Part shown: piece by piece, positions 1-12,472 of the stretch
Layout: every line of letters starts with the position of its first letter
Numbering within the stretch: the stretch's first letter is position 1
DNA from: Octopus sinensis
Lineage: Eukaryota
Assembly (NCBI RefSeq): GCF_006345805.1
Contig: NC_043020.1
Span: 10,416,001 to 10,480,000 of the forward strand
DNA: 64,000 nt
Reading direction: 5' to 3'
The notes under the pieces: model-generated
Told to the model about the DNA's origin: nothing
Seen by the model: only the letters and a program-made list of their open reading frames with translations
The model's database searches: none
Program-made: the position numbers and the translations under genes

Positions 1-289
1 AAATGGAGAAATTGACACACTGTCATTGGTTTATTCTGTAATATTCAAATAGATATAGTATGAAATTCTAATCCTTACAGCCGTTTCCATACCCAATCAA
101 CTCAATTAGAGAAACTGAATTAGATAATTTTAAGATTTTCATAATCTTGGTTGGATTATATTGTTATCAGTTTTACACATCTTTCTATATTTTCTAAGTG
201 TCATCATATAGAAACATTTCTCATCGCATCAGCACACAATTTACAGATACATACATTTTTTTTAATGTTTTCCATGAAGTTTTCACAGG

Positions 290-790
290 TTCATCATCAT
301 CATCATCATCATCATCGTTTAACGTCCGCTTTCCATGCTAGCATGGGTTGGACGGTTCAACTGGGGTCTGGGGAGCCCGAAGGCTGCACCAGGCCAGTCA
401 GATCTGGCAGTGTTTCTACAGCTGGATGCCCTTCCTAACGCCAACCACTCCGAGAGTGTAGTGGGTGATTTTATGTGCCACTGACACAGGTGCCAGACGA
501 GGCTGGCAGACGGCCACGCTCGGATGGTGTTTTTTATGTGCCACCGACACAGGTGCCAGACGAGGCTAGCAGACGGCCACGCTTGGATGGTGTTTTTTAT
601 GTGCCACTGACACAGGTGCCAGACGAGGCTGGCGAACGGCCACGCTCGGATGGTGGTTTTTATGTGCCACCGACACAGGTGCCAGACGAGGCTGGCAGAC
701 GGCCACGTATGGATGGTGTTTTTTATGTGCCACTGACACAGGTGCCAGACGAGGCTGGCGAACGGCCATGCTTGGATGGTGGGTTTTTTT
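290..790 (-). repeat. Interspersed repeat with (CAT)n end and an internal ~60-bp minisatellite (about 5 units, 471-785)
   Basis: Unit tttatgtgccactgacacaggtgccagacgaggctggc...ggatgg repeated in tandem. A related copy lies at 30700-30985. Explains ORF 475-867. Confidence 0.75.
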
Positions 791-1379
791 TTTCTTTTTT
801 TTTAGTAATAATAAATATCAGTAAATATATTTTTCCATTTTTACTATCAGTAATTAAAACAGAATAAGGTGAGTCTGTTCTTTCCAAGGCCAAGGTAGCT
901 CTTCTCATTGACTATCGGCCAGACCTATTTACAGACCTGTGGAATTTGGTCTATTCACCATGCTGCTTTTCTTCTTCCTACTACCCCCTTCAGCCCTCGT
1001 ATTTATGATTATCTCAAGAACAAAACAAAAGTCAAAACCAAACAACATTTAATAATACTACACAGTAGTAGGAGCAAAGATGGCAGACTTAACTAAATAA
1101 TGGTTATACTGTTGCCAGGGCTACAAAGATTAGTCACAACGATACAGATCAAGGTACTATTTGGTAACTAACAGTGAACAAAGCTGTAATGGCAAGGTTT
1201 AAGTAACTGCAACAGTGTTAATGGCGGAGTTGACAGTAGTGGCAGAGACAACTGTCTCTACATCTGCCACACTGAGATCAATACTCATAATTTTAATGTA
1301 GAACAAATATATCTTATGAAACAAACAGGAAAACTACAACAGTACACCAAATTGCTTGTCCTGTAGTTAATCTGGAAGC

Positions 1380-3791
1380 ATGTCCTCCAGGAGAGAGAGA
1401 GAGAGCCAGCCTGAGGTCAGAAAGTCATCCACTGACACAAACACTTCTCTGGATATGAACCTGGATCGTCGCTTGAATGGGAACTGCCCCAACTCAAGCC
1501 CTTCAAGTCTACCCCACACCCATCACAGAAAGAAAAATGTAAGAGGATCAAATGGACCCAAGAAGAGTGTACATAAGTAATATACACCCATTACTATGCA
1601 TTAGGCAGGTCATTTGAAGAGAAACACACTGCACACTCTTATCAAATATGGAGAACATGAAATCAAGACAGCAGACTATATTTGGACTAAAACAAGTTAG
1701 AAAATTTAGGAGGGATACTTTCAGAAATAAATGACTCACAGATAGTGAAATAACCATGATCAAGCATGCAGTGAAAAAGAAGAACCAGATGAAGAAGGCA
1801 ACTCTCCATGAGTCTCAATTAAAAGACTGTCATCTGACCAGAATGCACAAATGTCTAAAGAAATGAATTGTAATGAGCCTGATAAAGATAGTGAGGAAAT
1901 TGGTAAAGAAACAATATTTGAAGACTACACATTTACTGAAGATCATAGAGAGTCTATGATAGAAGTGAAGCAGAAAATCCTGACTAAGCTTGCAGTTATA
2001 AGACACACCAATATGTATGATAGAGAACAACTTCATAAACTCTTAAGTACAATCCAAAATAGAAAACAAATTAAAATTGGAAAATGTGTAACAAAAGAAA
2101 TTATACAAGAACTAAAACCAGTTCTCACTGAGGTAAGTGAAATTATTTGCACAGCTGCAAAGACAATTGAAACAAGTTGTAAGCCTCTGCAAAAATAAAG
2201 AAACCTGAGAAGAATTCCAAACTGGAAAAGTAAAATTGAAAAGTGGTCTAGTCGCATAGCAACTATACTACTTACAAGTGAACTTAATGGAACAGGGTAT
2301 GGGTATGAAATTGTCAACAAGAAAATAAGTCATATATTTTATATGGATGACTTAAAACTCTATGGCAAAGATGGTAATGAGTTTGAAGGACTGCTACATA
2401 CTGTGAAAGCATTCAGTAATGACATTGGGATGGAATTTGGTCTTGATAAATGTGCCAAAGCCACTTTCCAGAAAAAAAATTGAAGACCTCACATTTCAGT
2501 GGTGTTGAATGTTGACACAGTTATAAAAGAACTTGATCAGAAACAAACTTACAAATACTTCAGAATAAATGAGGGCTCTGGTATTCGGCATATAAACACG
2601 AAAGGAAAGATTAGAAAGGAATGTTACAGGAGAATTCAAGCAGTCCTAAAATTCAAGTTAAATGCATGTAACAAAGTATTAGCTATAAATTCCTTAGCAG
2701 TTCCTGTTGTTATTTACAGTTTCAATGTGTTGAACTGAAATATGAGTTGTAAGCTGCTGACTTGCAATAGGATGCACCAACCAAAAGGCAGACGCAGAAC
2801 ATCTTTACCTACCCAGAGTTCAAGGAGGAGGTCTAGGTTTGATCCAGTTTGAAATCTCTTATAAAACCACCACAATTGGACTGGCAAAATATCTTGAAAT
2901 ATCTAATGACTGGACACTAAAATTTGTTGAAAACCATGAGAGATGTTAGAAGCTTCATTCTTTTGTGATGGAGTGTAAAAAATTTTCTAGTGAGTTCATG
3001 CATAATACCCAGGTTGGACAACATGATGGAAATGCAGCAACTTTAGTTGAAAAAAAGGTGAAATCAATAACAAAGCAAATTGCATTAGAGCAATTGGCTG
3101 ATAGGTGGGAACAAAAACCTCTGTATGGTAAATATATGGCCCGTGGCAAACAAGATGGAGTAGACCAGAAGCATGCCGATCAGTGGCTATGGAGCCCAGG
3201 GCTAAAGGCAGAGAATGAAGGCTTTATTTTGGCTGCTCAGGATCAGATTATTGACCTGGAACTACCAAGCCAATGTGATGAAAAATGGTATAGACCCAAA
3301 GTGCTGATATTGCAACAATGGGATTGAAACAATGGACCACCTAATCTCTAAGTGTAAGGTTTTATAGCACCTGTAGAGTACAAAGTAAGACACGACAGAA
3401 TTGGCCAATATCTACATTGGATAATGTGTCAGCATTATAACATCAAAACTGCTGACAAATGGTACAAGCACTGAGGGAGAAAATGTAACAATTCTTTGGG
3501 ACTTTCGAGTATGTACAGACTGGACCATCAAAGCAAATAAACCAGATATTGTTGTGAAAGACCAAAACAATGAAGCCTGTTTATTGATTGACATGAGCAT
3601 AGTATCTAGGTGCAGGAGTGGCTGTGTGGTAAGTAGCTTGCTAACCAACTACATGGTTCTGGGTTCAGTCCCACTGCGTGGCATCTTGGGCAAGTGTCTT
3701 CTGCTATAGCCCCGGGCCGACCAATGCCTTGTGAGTGGATTTGGTAGATGGAAACTGAAAGAAGCCTGTCGTATATATATATATATATATA

Positions 3792-3831
<40 letters not shown>

Positions 3832-4560
3832 TGTTTCTGTGTTTGTCCCCCTAGCATTGCTTGACAATCGATGCTGGTGTGTTTACGTCCCCGTCACTTT
3901 GCGGTTCGGCAAAAAGAGACCGATAGAATAAGTACTGGGCTTACAAAGAATAAGTCCCGGGGTCGATTTGCTCAACTAAAGGCAGTGCTCCAGCATGGCC
4001 GCAGTCAAATGACTGAAACAAGTAAAAGAAATAAAAGAAAAAAATATACCCTGTGGCTGTAATATCTCAGCAAAAGAATTTGATAAGCTCAGAAAATATA
4101 AAGATTTGCTAATCAAAATCAAAAAGATGTGGCATCTCCAGATAGTTACAAAACCACTGATTGTAGGAGCACTTGGAATGATAAAATAAAGGAACTGAAT
4201 GATCCCTGGCTTACCGTCCATACAGGAAGTGCAAAAGATTGTCTCAACTGGTACGTCACACATGCTGGGAAGAGTATTGTCACTGACAATTCAGTGACAA
4301 TACTCTTCCCAGCATGTGTGACGTACCAGTTGAGACAATCTTTTGCACTTTCCTTTCCCCCCCCCTTATTTTCTGCTTACTTTTTTTTTTTTTTCCTTTT
4401 TCTCTGTCTTTCTTCCCTTTTCTCTATCACATGACTTTGTAAATGAATAATCTGGTGTGTTTATTTTAATGCCATACCAATGTATATAGTGCATTTCTCT
4501 GTCCTAGGTGTCACGAGGACATTTGGCAAGAAATGGAAACAGAATTGAAAGAAGATGATA
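1380..4560 (+). mobile_element. Degenerate R4/Dong-like non-LTR retrotransposon (RT + CCHC + restriction-like endonuclease), internally deleted and split by a SINE
   Basis: Fragments IKWTQEE (N-terminal), HIFYMDDLKLY...GMEFGLDKCAK (RT), WLWSPGLKAENEGFILAAQDQ and ANKPDIVVKD; many stops; ends in a (TAA)n tail. Confidence 0.85.
3609..4045 (+). mobile_element. tRNA-derived SINE family 1 (resembles described octopus SINEs; exact family not verified)
   Basis: A-box-like tggctgtgtggt, B-box-like ggttcagtccc, internal (TA/TG)n, tail ggcggtgctccagcatggcc...gtaaaaga. Confidence 0.85.
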
Positions 4561-4598
4561 ATGATAATAATATAATAATAATAATAATAATAATGATG

Positions 4599-4638
<40 letters not shown>

Positions 4639-4639
<1 letters not shown>

Positions 4640-5880
4640 CACCCAAAGGCAGACGTAGATCGCCTTTACCTTCCCAGAGCCCAAGGAGGTCGAGGCCTGA
4701 TCCAATTTGAACTAGCTTACAAAACAACCACAATTGGACTGGCCAAATATCTCGAAATATCGAATGACTGGATGCTAAAGCTCGTGGAAAATCACGAGAG
4801 ACGAAAGAAGCTTCATTCTATCATAAAGGAAAGCAAAAAATTTGCTATTGATCTCGTGCAGGATACCCAAACAGAACAACCCGAGGGAAGTACGGCAATT
4901 ATTGTTGCAAAGAAGGTGAAAATAATGGCAAGGAAAAAAGTGCACGAGCAATTGGCTGATAGGTGGGAGGAGAAACCTCTGCACGGCAAATATGTGACCC
5001 GCAGCAAACAAGCTGATGTTGACCAGAAGCAAACCCATCAGTGGCTACGGAGCTCAGGGCTAAAAGCAGAGAGCGAAGTTTCATCCTGGCTGCTCAAGAT
5101 CAAAGCCTATTAACCCGGAACTACCAGGCCAATGTGATGAAAAATGGAGCAGACCCAAAATGCCGATTCTGCAACGACATGATTGAAACAGTGGACCACC
5201 TAATCTCTGGATGTAAAGTCTTAGCTCCAGTGGAGTATAAATTAAGACATGACAGAGTTGGCCAATATCTACACTGGCTAATAAGTCGGCATTACAATAT
5301 CAAAACTGCCGACAAGTGGTATAATCACCACCCTGAGGCTGTAACTGAAGGAGAAAATGTAACCATTCTGTGGGACTTTCCAGTACATACAGACCGAACC
5401 ATCAAGGCCAATAAACCAGATATTGTTGTGAAAGACCAAAACAATAAAGTTGCTTATTGATCGACATGAGCATCCCCTGTGATCATAATATCTCAGCGAA
5501 AGAGTTTGACAAGCTCAGAAAATATAAAGACCTACTCATTGAAATTGAGAAAATGTGGCATCTCAAGGCGGTTACAATACCAGTGATCGTAGGAGCACTA
5601 GGAATGATCAAGAAGGGAACCGAAAATTATATGAGAATGATCCCTGGCTTACCATCCCTGCAAGAAGTGCAAAAGATTGTCTTAACTGGTACATCACACG
5701 TATTGAGAAGAGCATTGTCGATGTGAGAACTGTTGCTGCTCATGTATTTTAATTTAAAATGAACGAACTATTGAGTTTGGTTTAATGGCCTACCAATGTA
5801 TACTATGAGTTTCTTTGCCCTAGGAGTCGGGAAGACACTCGGCAAGAAATGGAAGCAAATTTGAAAGAAGAAGAAAAAAA
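4639..5880 (+). mobile_element. Younger 5'-truncated R4/Dong-like LINE inserted in (TAA)n
   Basis: HPKADVDRLYLPRAQGGRGL; CRFC...ETVDHLISGC knuckle; KPDIVV...IDMSIP...K..KY RLE motif; ends VLRRALSM*. (TAA)n on both sides. Confidence 0.9.
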
Positions 5881-6291
5881 AAATAATAATAATAATAATA
5901 ATAATAATAAGAAGAAGAAGAAGAAGAAGAATAGTTAATGACTATATTTATTCATAATTTAGAAAATTACAATGATTTGATTTGTGGGTATAAATATATC
6001 ACTTTTATGTTAAACTTTAGATAAATATTAAAAAAACTTTCAACTGTGATTGCATAACTCCAAAAGACAAGGTGCATGAATAGTGGCTTGTGTATTGCAT
6101 TCATGATCACAATATCATGGTTTCAATTCCTGAGCCAGGCAGAGCATTAAAATTCAATACATATAAGATAAGAATACAATTATAAAAACCTTAATGTAAA
6201 TTATTAGAATCTTACAATTCAATTTATTGAGGCTGCAGGCATTAACAAAGATTATAAAGTACATTAAAGATATAAATAATAATAATTAAAG

Positions 6292-6323
<32 letters not shown>

Positions 6324-7188
6324 TAATAATAATAATAATAATAATAACAATAATAATAATAATATTTTTATTAGTCAGTAAAGAATTACATCATCTCTCT
6401 ATATAAATGGCAGTTTGTCTGTCTGTGTCTGTCAGGTTCTACCCTCAACCTGACCACAGCTTTCAACCAATTCTGATGAAACTTGACACACACATAGCCC
6501 AATGTCATAATTCAAAACTAACGCAGCGAAAATTTTGAAAAGTTCCTCCAGTTCTGAAAAAAATCGATAAATTTCATTACCAGCCCGGCTGAAACCGGCT
6601 CTGGCTCTGTAGTACAAATGTTTTGTTTTCATAAGTTTTGAATTAAAATCTTCCATCAAACCTTAATCACAATTTAAGTTCCTAACTCTAGCTGAACGAT
6701 AACTAAGTTATTTTACTAAATTCTTTGTTATATTTAAAGTAACTCAAAGAAACACAGAACATCTCAAAATAAATACAGTAACGAAAGGCTGATCAGCCAT
6801 TTACTTAATTAACGGATTTTTTTCCAGTAATAAAGTATCCTATTGGAATAAAAAGGACCATATAGCTCCTTGGAGTAGACATGATGCTCGCTGTGAATTT
6901 AAAAAAAAATTCCTGCCAATTTGTGAAAGATATTGTCGAAAATATGTCATCTTGAATTTGAACGCGATTTCCCAAAATGGCATGATTTTATCAATTTTTT
7001 CTGATAGCAAGGTATTGCATGGAAAATTAAGTTTCTTAGGGTAACATTAAGCTTCACCATGAGTTTGGTGAAAATCGATTGCAAGTTGCAAAAACTACAA
7101 CAGAAAATGTGTTGCATATAAAAAGCTTAGATTCTCGACCGGTTCAGCCGGACTGGTAATGAAAGGGTTACACAACACTAATGTTTTA

Positions 7189-7562
7189 TTAAAGACTATT
7201 TAGGTATAAGCTAGAGATAGACAAGTAACTTGAGGGCATATTGGGCCTGACAAATTTCGCTTTGTTTATTTTCAAAAAGATTTCATCGTTAAATTTAAGT
7301 TTGTATTTAAACGATAATTGTACAATGGCATGTTCCGGTGTATTTAAAATGCTGGGTCTTTTCTTCATAAACACAGAATGTTTTCCATTATATTTTCTCT
7401 CCAACACCAAGGTATAAATTGCTGCAGTAGAATTTTTCGGAATGTGCAATTGCACTGTACACGATATTTCGTAAATCCCATCTTGAGGTATAAAAATGTA
7501 AGTTCCATCAACCAATTTAAAGTCGCCTTCTTCTTTCACCCACTGTAAATAAGAAGCTTCCT
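7189..7562 (-). CDS. TNF-like gene A, coding exon 4 (bulk of the TNF-homology-like domain)
   Basis: Acceptor tttttctttttcag|ag; EASYLQW...KLVDGTYIFIPQDGIYEISCTVQL...LKFNDEIFLKIN...SYLSISSL*. Carries the L-x-W, G-x-Y and L-x-x-x-D-x-I pattern of TNF-family ligands. The four exons total 657 nt = 218 aa + stop with no internal stop. Confidence 0.85.
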
Positions 7563-8641
7563 CTGAAAAAGAAAAATGAATAACAATCATAATGTTTTCT
7601 TTATTAACCACCAAAAGTTCACAAAAAAAGAAACATTGGTAATGGTACAAGACAGTGTAGGGTTACATAAAATGAAGCATGTACTGATGACAGCAAAAGG
7701 ATTTTATATGTCTAAGCTAGAAATTGATCTATAGTTAACTCTTTTTAAAAAAAATCTTCTTTGTTCATTTTTCTTGCTTTCAACCAGTGCTAATGGAGTA
7801 CATAATGTAGTTTTTAGAATCATTGGGTGTCTATTTCTATCATGTGGTGCTATTCATTAGTGCCTTTATTATAATTATAATTACATAATTATATACTTGA
7901 ATCAATTGTTACCGATATGGGTTTTATTACATGCTGTCTACTTGATAAAATCTTATGATTTCATCCTTAATTATAGATCAGTCATTTTAATGAATTTCAA
8001 TTACCTTTTTCTGATGATGTCTGGAAAGAAACAGCAATTTTATCAAAACATATTAAGCAACACTAATAATAAATAAAAAAAAAAACATGAAAATAAGTTT
8101 TTGATGGTTTTATAGATATTTCAAAATTATGATACTAGGTGTTTCCATTATTTTGTCCAACCGTTGTATATATATATGTGTGTGTGTGTGTATGTGCATG
8201 TATGTGTGTCTGTTTTCTGTGTGTACATGTGTGTGTATATATATATATATATACACACACACACATACACACATATGTATGACTGGTAGATGATTTTATT
8301 TGTGAAAATACAAAGGTCAGCTTGATTGTCTGAGTTGCTTTTTGGTTGTTCTATGCCAATGGAAATTTTTTGGGGTCTTTTGCAATTTTATTTAACGTTA
8401 TCTGATAATTAGCATATAAAATTATGTTTGACTCACGTACTAATTTTTATATTATATGATATTTTTTACTTTTGTTATGTTTATGAATTTGCTTTGCAAG
8501 ATTCTTGATGTGAAATCATGTGTTGAAACACATATTGATGTATTTATCCAAATTCACACTTTCTATTTTCTGTATAAGTTATTTAATTGTTTATATGACA
8601 TGGGTTATATATATACATATATATATATATATATTATATAT

Positions 8642-8767
<126 letters not shown>

Positions 8768-8789
8768 AATACATATATATATATATATA

Positions 8790-11135
8790 CAACAATTGAG
8801 GGTAAAATTAATTAATTAATTATTAATCAATTTCACCAAGTGTTCAGTATGTAAAGGGACCATTTAAGGCGAATTCAAATTATTACATTATATAAAAGGG
8901 CTTAGTAAAATAAATTACTTTGCCACATACTGAACTCATTAGAAATAGCAGCTAAAAAAACTTTTTTAAAACTATTTCTAATACTTAAAGAAAATCTCTC
9001 TCATATAGTGCTTGCTCAATTCAACTCACGAAAGTATGGGGGTAAAGACATTAAAAAATCAGATGCAAAGGTTATTTGAGAACGTACGTTTCAAGATTAG
9101 TCAAACACGACATTTCTATCATCAGCTCAGAATTCCTTGGTTTGGATTTGAAAACACTGAAAGTGGGAGCATACCTTTTCGTCATCCCATCGCTTCCGAA
9201 GATCTGCTCGAAACTAACAGTGCCAGCATACCCAAAAATGCAAGCGAAGAATTTCTGCTCTCCCCTTTCCACCAGCGTGGGTTAAAATCAGCAAACGCTA
9301 AGCTTTTTCGGTAAATCCGAAACATTAAATATTAAATAGAGAGAGATGAATTATAATTTCAACAATTGAGGGTAAAATTAATTAATTAATTATTAATCAA
9401 TTTCACCAAGTGTTCAGTATGTAAAGGGACCATTTAAGGCGAATTCAAATTATTACATTATATAAAAGGGCTTAGTAAAATAAATTACTGCCACATACTG
9501 AACTCATTAGAAATAGCAGCTAAAAAAACTTTTTTAAAACTATTTCTAATACTTAAAGAAAATCTCTCTCATATAGTGCTTGCTCAATTCAACTCACGAA
9601 AGTATGGGGGTAAAGACATTAAAAAATCAGATGCAAAGGTTATTGAGAACGTACGTTTCAAGATTAGTCAAACACGACATTTCTATCATCAGCTCAGAAT
9701 TCCTTGGTTTGGATTTGAAAACACTGAAAGTGGGAGCATACCTTTTCGGCATCCTATCGCTTCCGAAGATCTGCTCGAAACTAACAGTGCCAGCATACCC
9801 AAAAAATGCAAGCGAAGAATTTCTGCTCTCCCCTTTCCACCAGCGTGGGTTAAAATCAGCAAACGCTAAGCTTTTTCGGTAAATCCGAAACATTAAATAT
9901 TAAATAGAGAGAGATGAATTATAATTTCAACAATTGAGGGTAAAATTAATTAATTAATTATCAATCAATTTCACCAAGTGTTCAGTATGTAAAGGGACCA
10001 TTTAAGGCGAATTCAAATTATTACATTATATAAAAGGGCTTAGTAAAATAAATTACTTTGCCACATACTGAACTCATTAGAAATAGCAGCTAAAAAAACT
10101 TTTTTAAAACTATTTCTAATACTTAAAGAAAATCTCTCTCATATAGTGCTTGCTCAATTCAACTCACGAAAGTATGGGGGTAAAGACATTAAAAAATCAG
10201 ATGCAAAGGGTATTGAGAACGTACGTTTCAAGATTAGTCAAACACGACATTTCTATCATCAGCTCAGAATTCTTGGTTTGGATTTGAAAACACTGAAAGT
10301 GGGAGCATACCTTTTCGTCATCCCATCGCTTCCGAAGATCTGCTCGAAACTAACAGTGCCAGCATCCCAAAAATGCAAGCGAAGAATTCTGCTCTCCCCT
10401 TTCCACCAGCGTGGGTTAAAATCAGCAAACGCTAAGCTTTTTCGGTAAATCCGAAACATTAAATATTAAATAGAGAGAGATGAATTATAATTTCAACAAT
10501 TGAGGGTAAAATTAATTAATTAATTATTAATCAATTTCACCAAGTGTTCAGTATGTAAAGGGACCATTTAAGGCGAATTCAATGTAATAATTTGAATTAG
10601 CCTTAAATGGTCCCTTTACATACTGAACACTTGGTGAAATTGATAATAATTAATTAATTAATTTTACCCTCAATTGTTGAAATTATAATTCATCTCTCTC
10701 TTTTATATTTATGTTTTCGGATTTACCGAAAAAGCTTAGCGTTTGCTGATTTTAACCCACGCTGGTGGAAAGGGGAGAGCAGAAATTCTTCGCTTGCATT
10801 TTTGGGTATGCTGGCACTGTTAGTTTCGAGCAGATCTTCGGAAGCGATGGGATGACGAAAAGGTATGCTCCCACTTTCAGTGTTTTCAAATCCAAACCAA
10901 GGAATTCTGAGCTGATGATAGAAATGTCGTGTTTGACTAATCTTGAAACGTACGTTCTCAAATAACCTTTGCATCTGATTTTTTAATGTCTTTACCCCCA
11001 TACTTTCGTGAGTTGAATTGAGCAAGCACTATATGAGAGAGATTTTCTTTAAGTATTAGAAATAGTTTTAAAAAAGTTTTTTTAGCTGCTATTTCTAATG
11101 AGTTCAGTATGTGGCAAAGTAAATAATTTTACTAA
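8790..11135. repeat. Tandem array of a ~568-bp unit (starts 8790, 9360, 9928, 10494) folding back into an inverted copy from ~10582
   Basis: Near-identical units beginning caacaattgagggtaaaatt; the reverse complement runs 10582-11135. Confidence 0.9.
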
Positions 11136-11332
11136 GCCCTTTTATATAATGTATATATATATACATATATAAATACATTATATATATATACACATATATA
11201 ATATACATATGTATATATATATAGTATATGTATATATATATATGTATTGTAATATAATATATATCTATATATATATATGTATATAATATATATATATGTA
11301 TATGTATATTGTATATGTATATATGTATAGTA

Positions 11333-11420
<88 letters not shown>

Positions 11421-11512
11421 TATTTATTAATATATATATAATATATATATAGATATATATATATATATGTATGTAAATATATCTATCTATCTATCTATCT
11501 ATCTATATCTAT

Positions 11513-11568
<56 letters not shown>

Positions 11569-11647
11569 AATATATCTATCTATCTATCTATCTATCTATA
11601 TATATATATATATATTATATATATTATATTTATATTATATGTTATAT

Positions 11648-11694
<47 letters not shown>

Positions 11695-11973
11695 ACTCAT
11701 GTCATATAAACAATTAAATAACTTATACAGAAAATAGAAAGTAAGAATTTGAATAAATACATCAATATGTGTTTCAACACATGATTTCACATCAAGAATC
11801 TTGCAAAGCAAATTCATAAACATAACAAAAGTAAAGCTACTTACCACACAGTCACTCCTACGTCTATAATGAAAGTATTTTAATTAATGCTATAACCATT
11901 GTTTAAATCTGTAACTGTAGTTATTTAAGGGGATAATTCAAATTATGAGAAAAATCTGTATAAATTTGTTTAC

Positions 11974-12021
11974 CCGACGGTGTGTAATGACTTGTTTTCA
12001 GGTGGAACATGGCATAGTAAG
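11974..12021 (-). CDS. TNF-like gene A, coding exon 3 (48 nt, (S)YYAMFHLKTSHYTPS), first strand of the TNF domain
   Basis: Acceptor ttttttttctcag| and donor g|gtaaac; phase 1 to 1. Same length as the paralogous exons in B and C. AMFHL resembles the TNF strand-A 'AHL' motif. Confidence 0.82.
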
Positions 12022-12256
12022 CTGAGAAAAAAAACAGACAGTGAGAAACATATATTTGAATACAGGTTTAATATCTGACAGAAGACTAAGACAGAAGAAT
12101 GTATTTCCTATATTGAATACTTCAGATTATCATCTAATAAATAACTATACAACATATTAACTGTAATGCAATCATTATTATCATAACGAAAATGATGTGC
12201 ATAGAGAATAATTATTTATCATTAATGAAAGAGAGCCAAGACTTTATAAATATCTA

Positions 12257-12430
12257 TATATTACACCCATCACATTGTAGTTTCATGAGCTTTGATATGG
12301 TCAGTTGTACAGCAGCGATGCCTTGCTGAGACTGATAGTACAATTCTAGCAAACATGTACAGGAGGCTTCATCCTATCAAAGTGTCATCTAAAGCCATGG
12401 TCCAGTTAATCCTTGTAGACATTTCATTCA
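12257..12430 (-). other. Highly conserved intron-2 element, copy in gene A
   Basis: 174 nt; 9 differences from the B copy and 9 from the C copy. Confidence 0.85.
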
Positions 12431-12472
12431 TATATTTAATGATGTGGGTATTTTTGCCATTTATTTCTTTAG

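Noticed and set aside
475-867. 130-aa ORF with 20-aa repeats
   Set aside because: It is the translation of a 60-bp minisatellite inside an interspersed repeat also present at 30.7-31.0 kb.
7189-7562. C1q globular domain instead of TNF
   Set aside because: Type II TM without signal peptide or collagen, an L-x-W motif, and no F-x-x-V..N.G..Y/FTxP pattern favour TNF; this still needs a profile search.
8790-10590. CRISPR array or protein-coding tandem repeat
   Set aside because: Units are ~568 bp with no variable spacers; the small ORFs shift frame between copies; the context is eukaryotic.
12290-12440. Selenocysteine read-through (DDTLIG-TGA-SLLYMF...) in the conserved element
   Set aside because: This frame has another stop in copy C (gtc tga), no SECIS was recognised, and substitutions are mostly non-synonymous.
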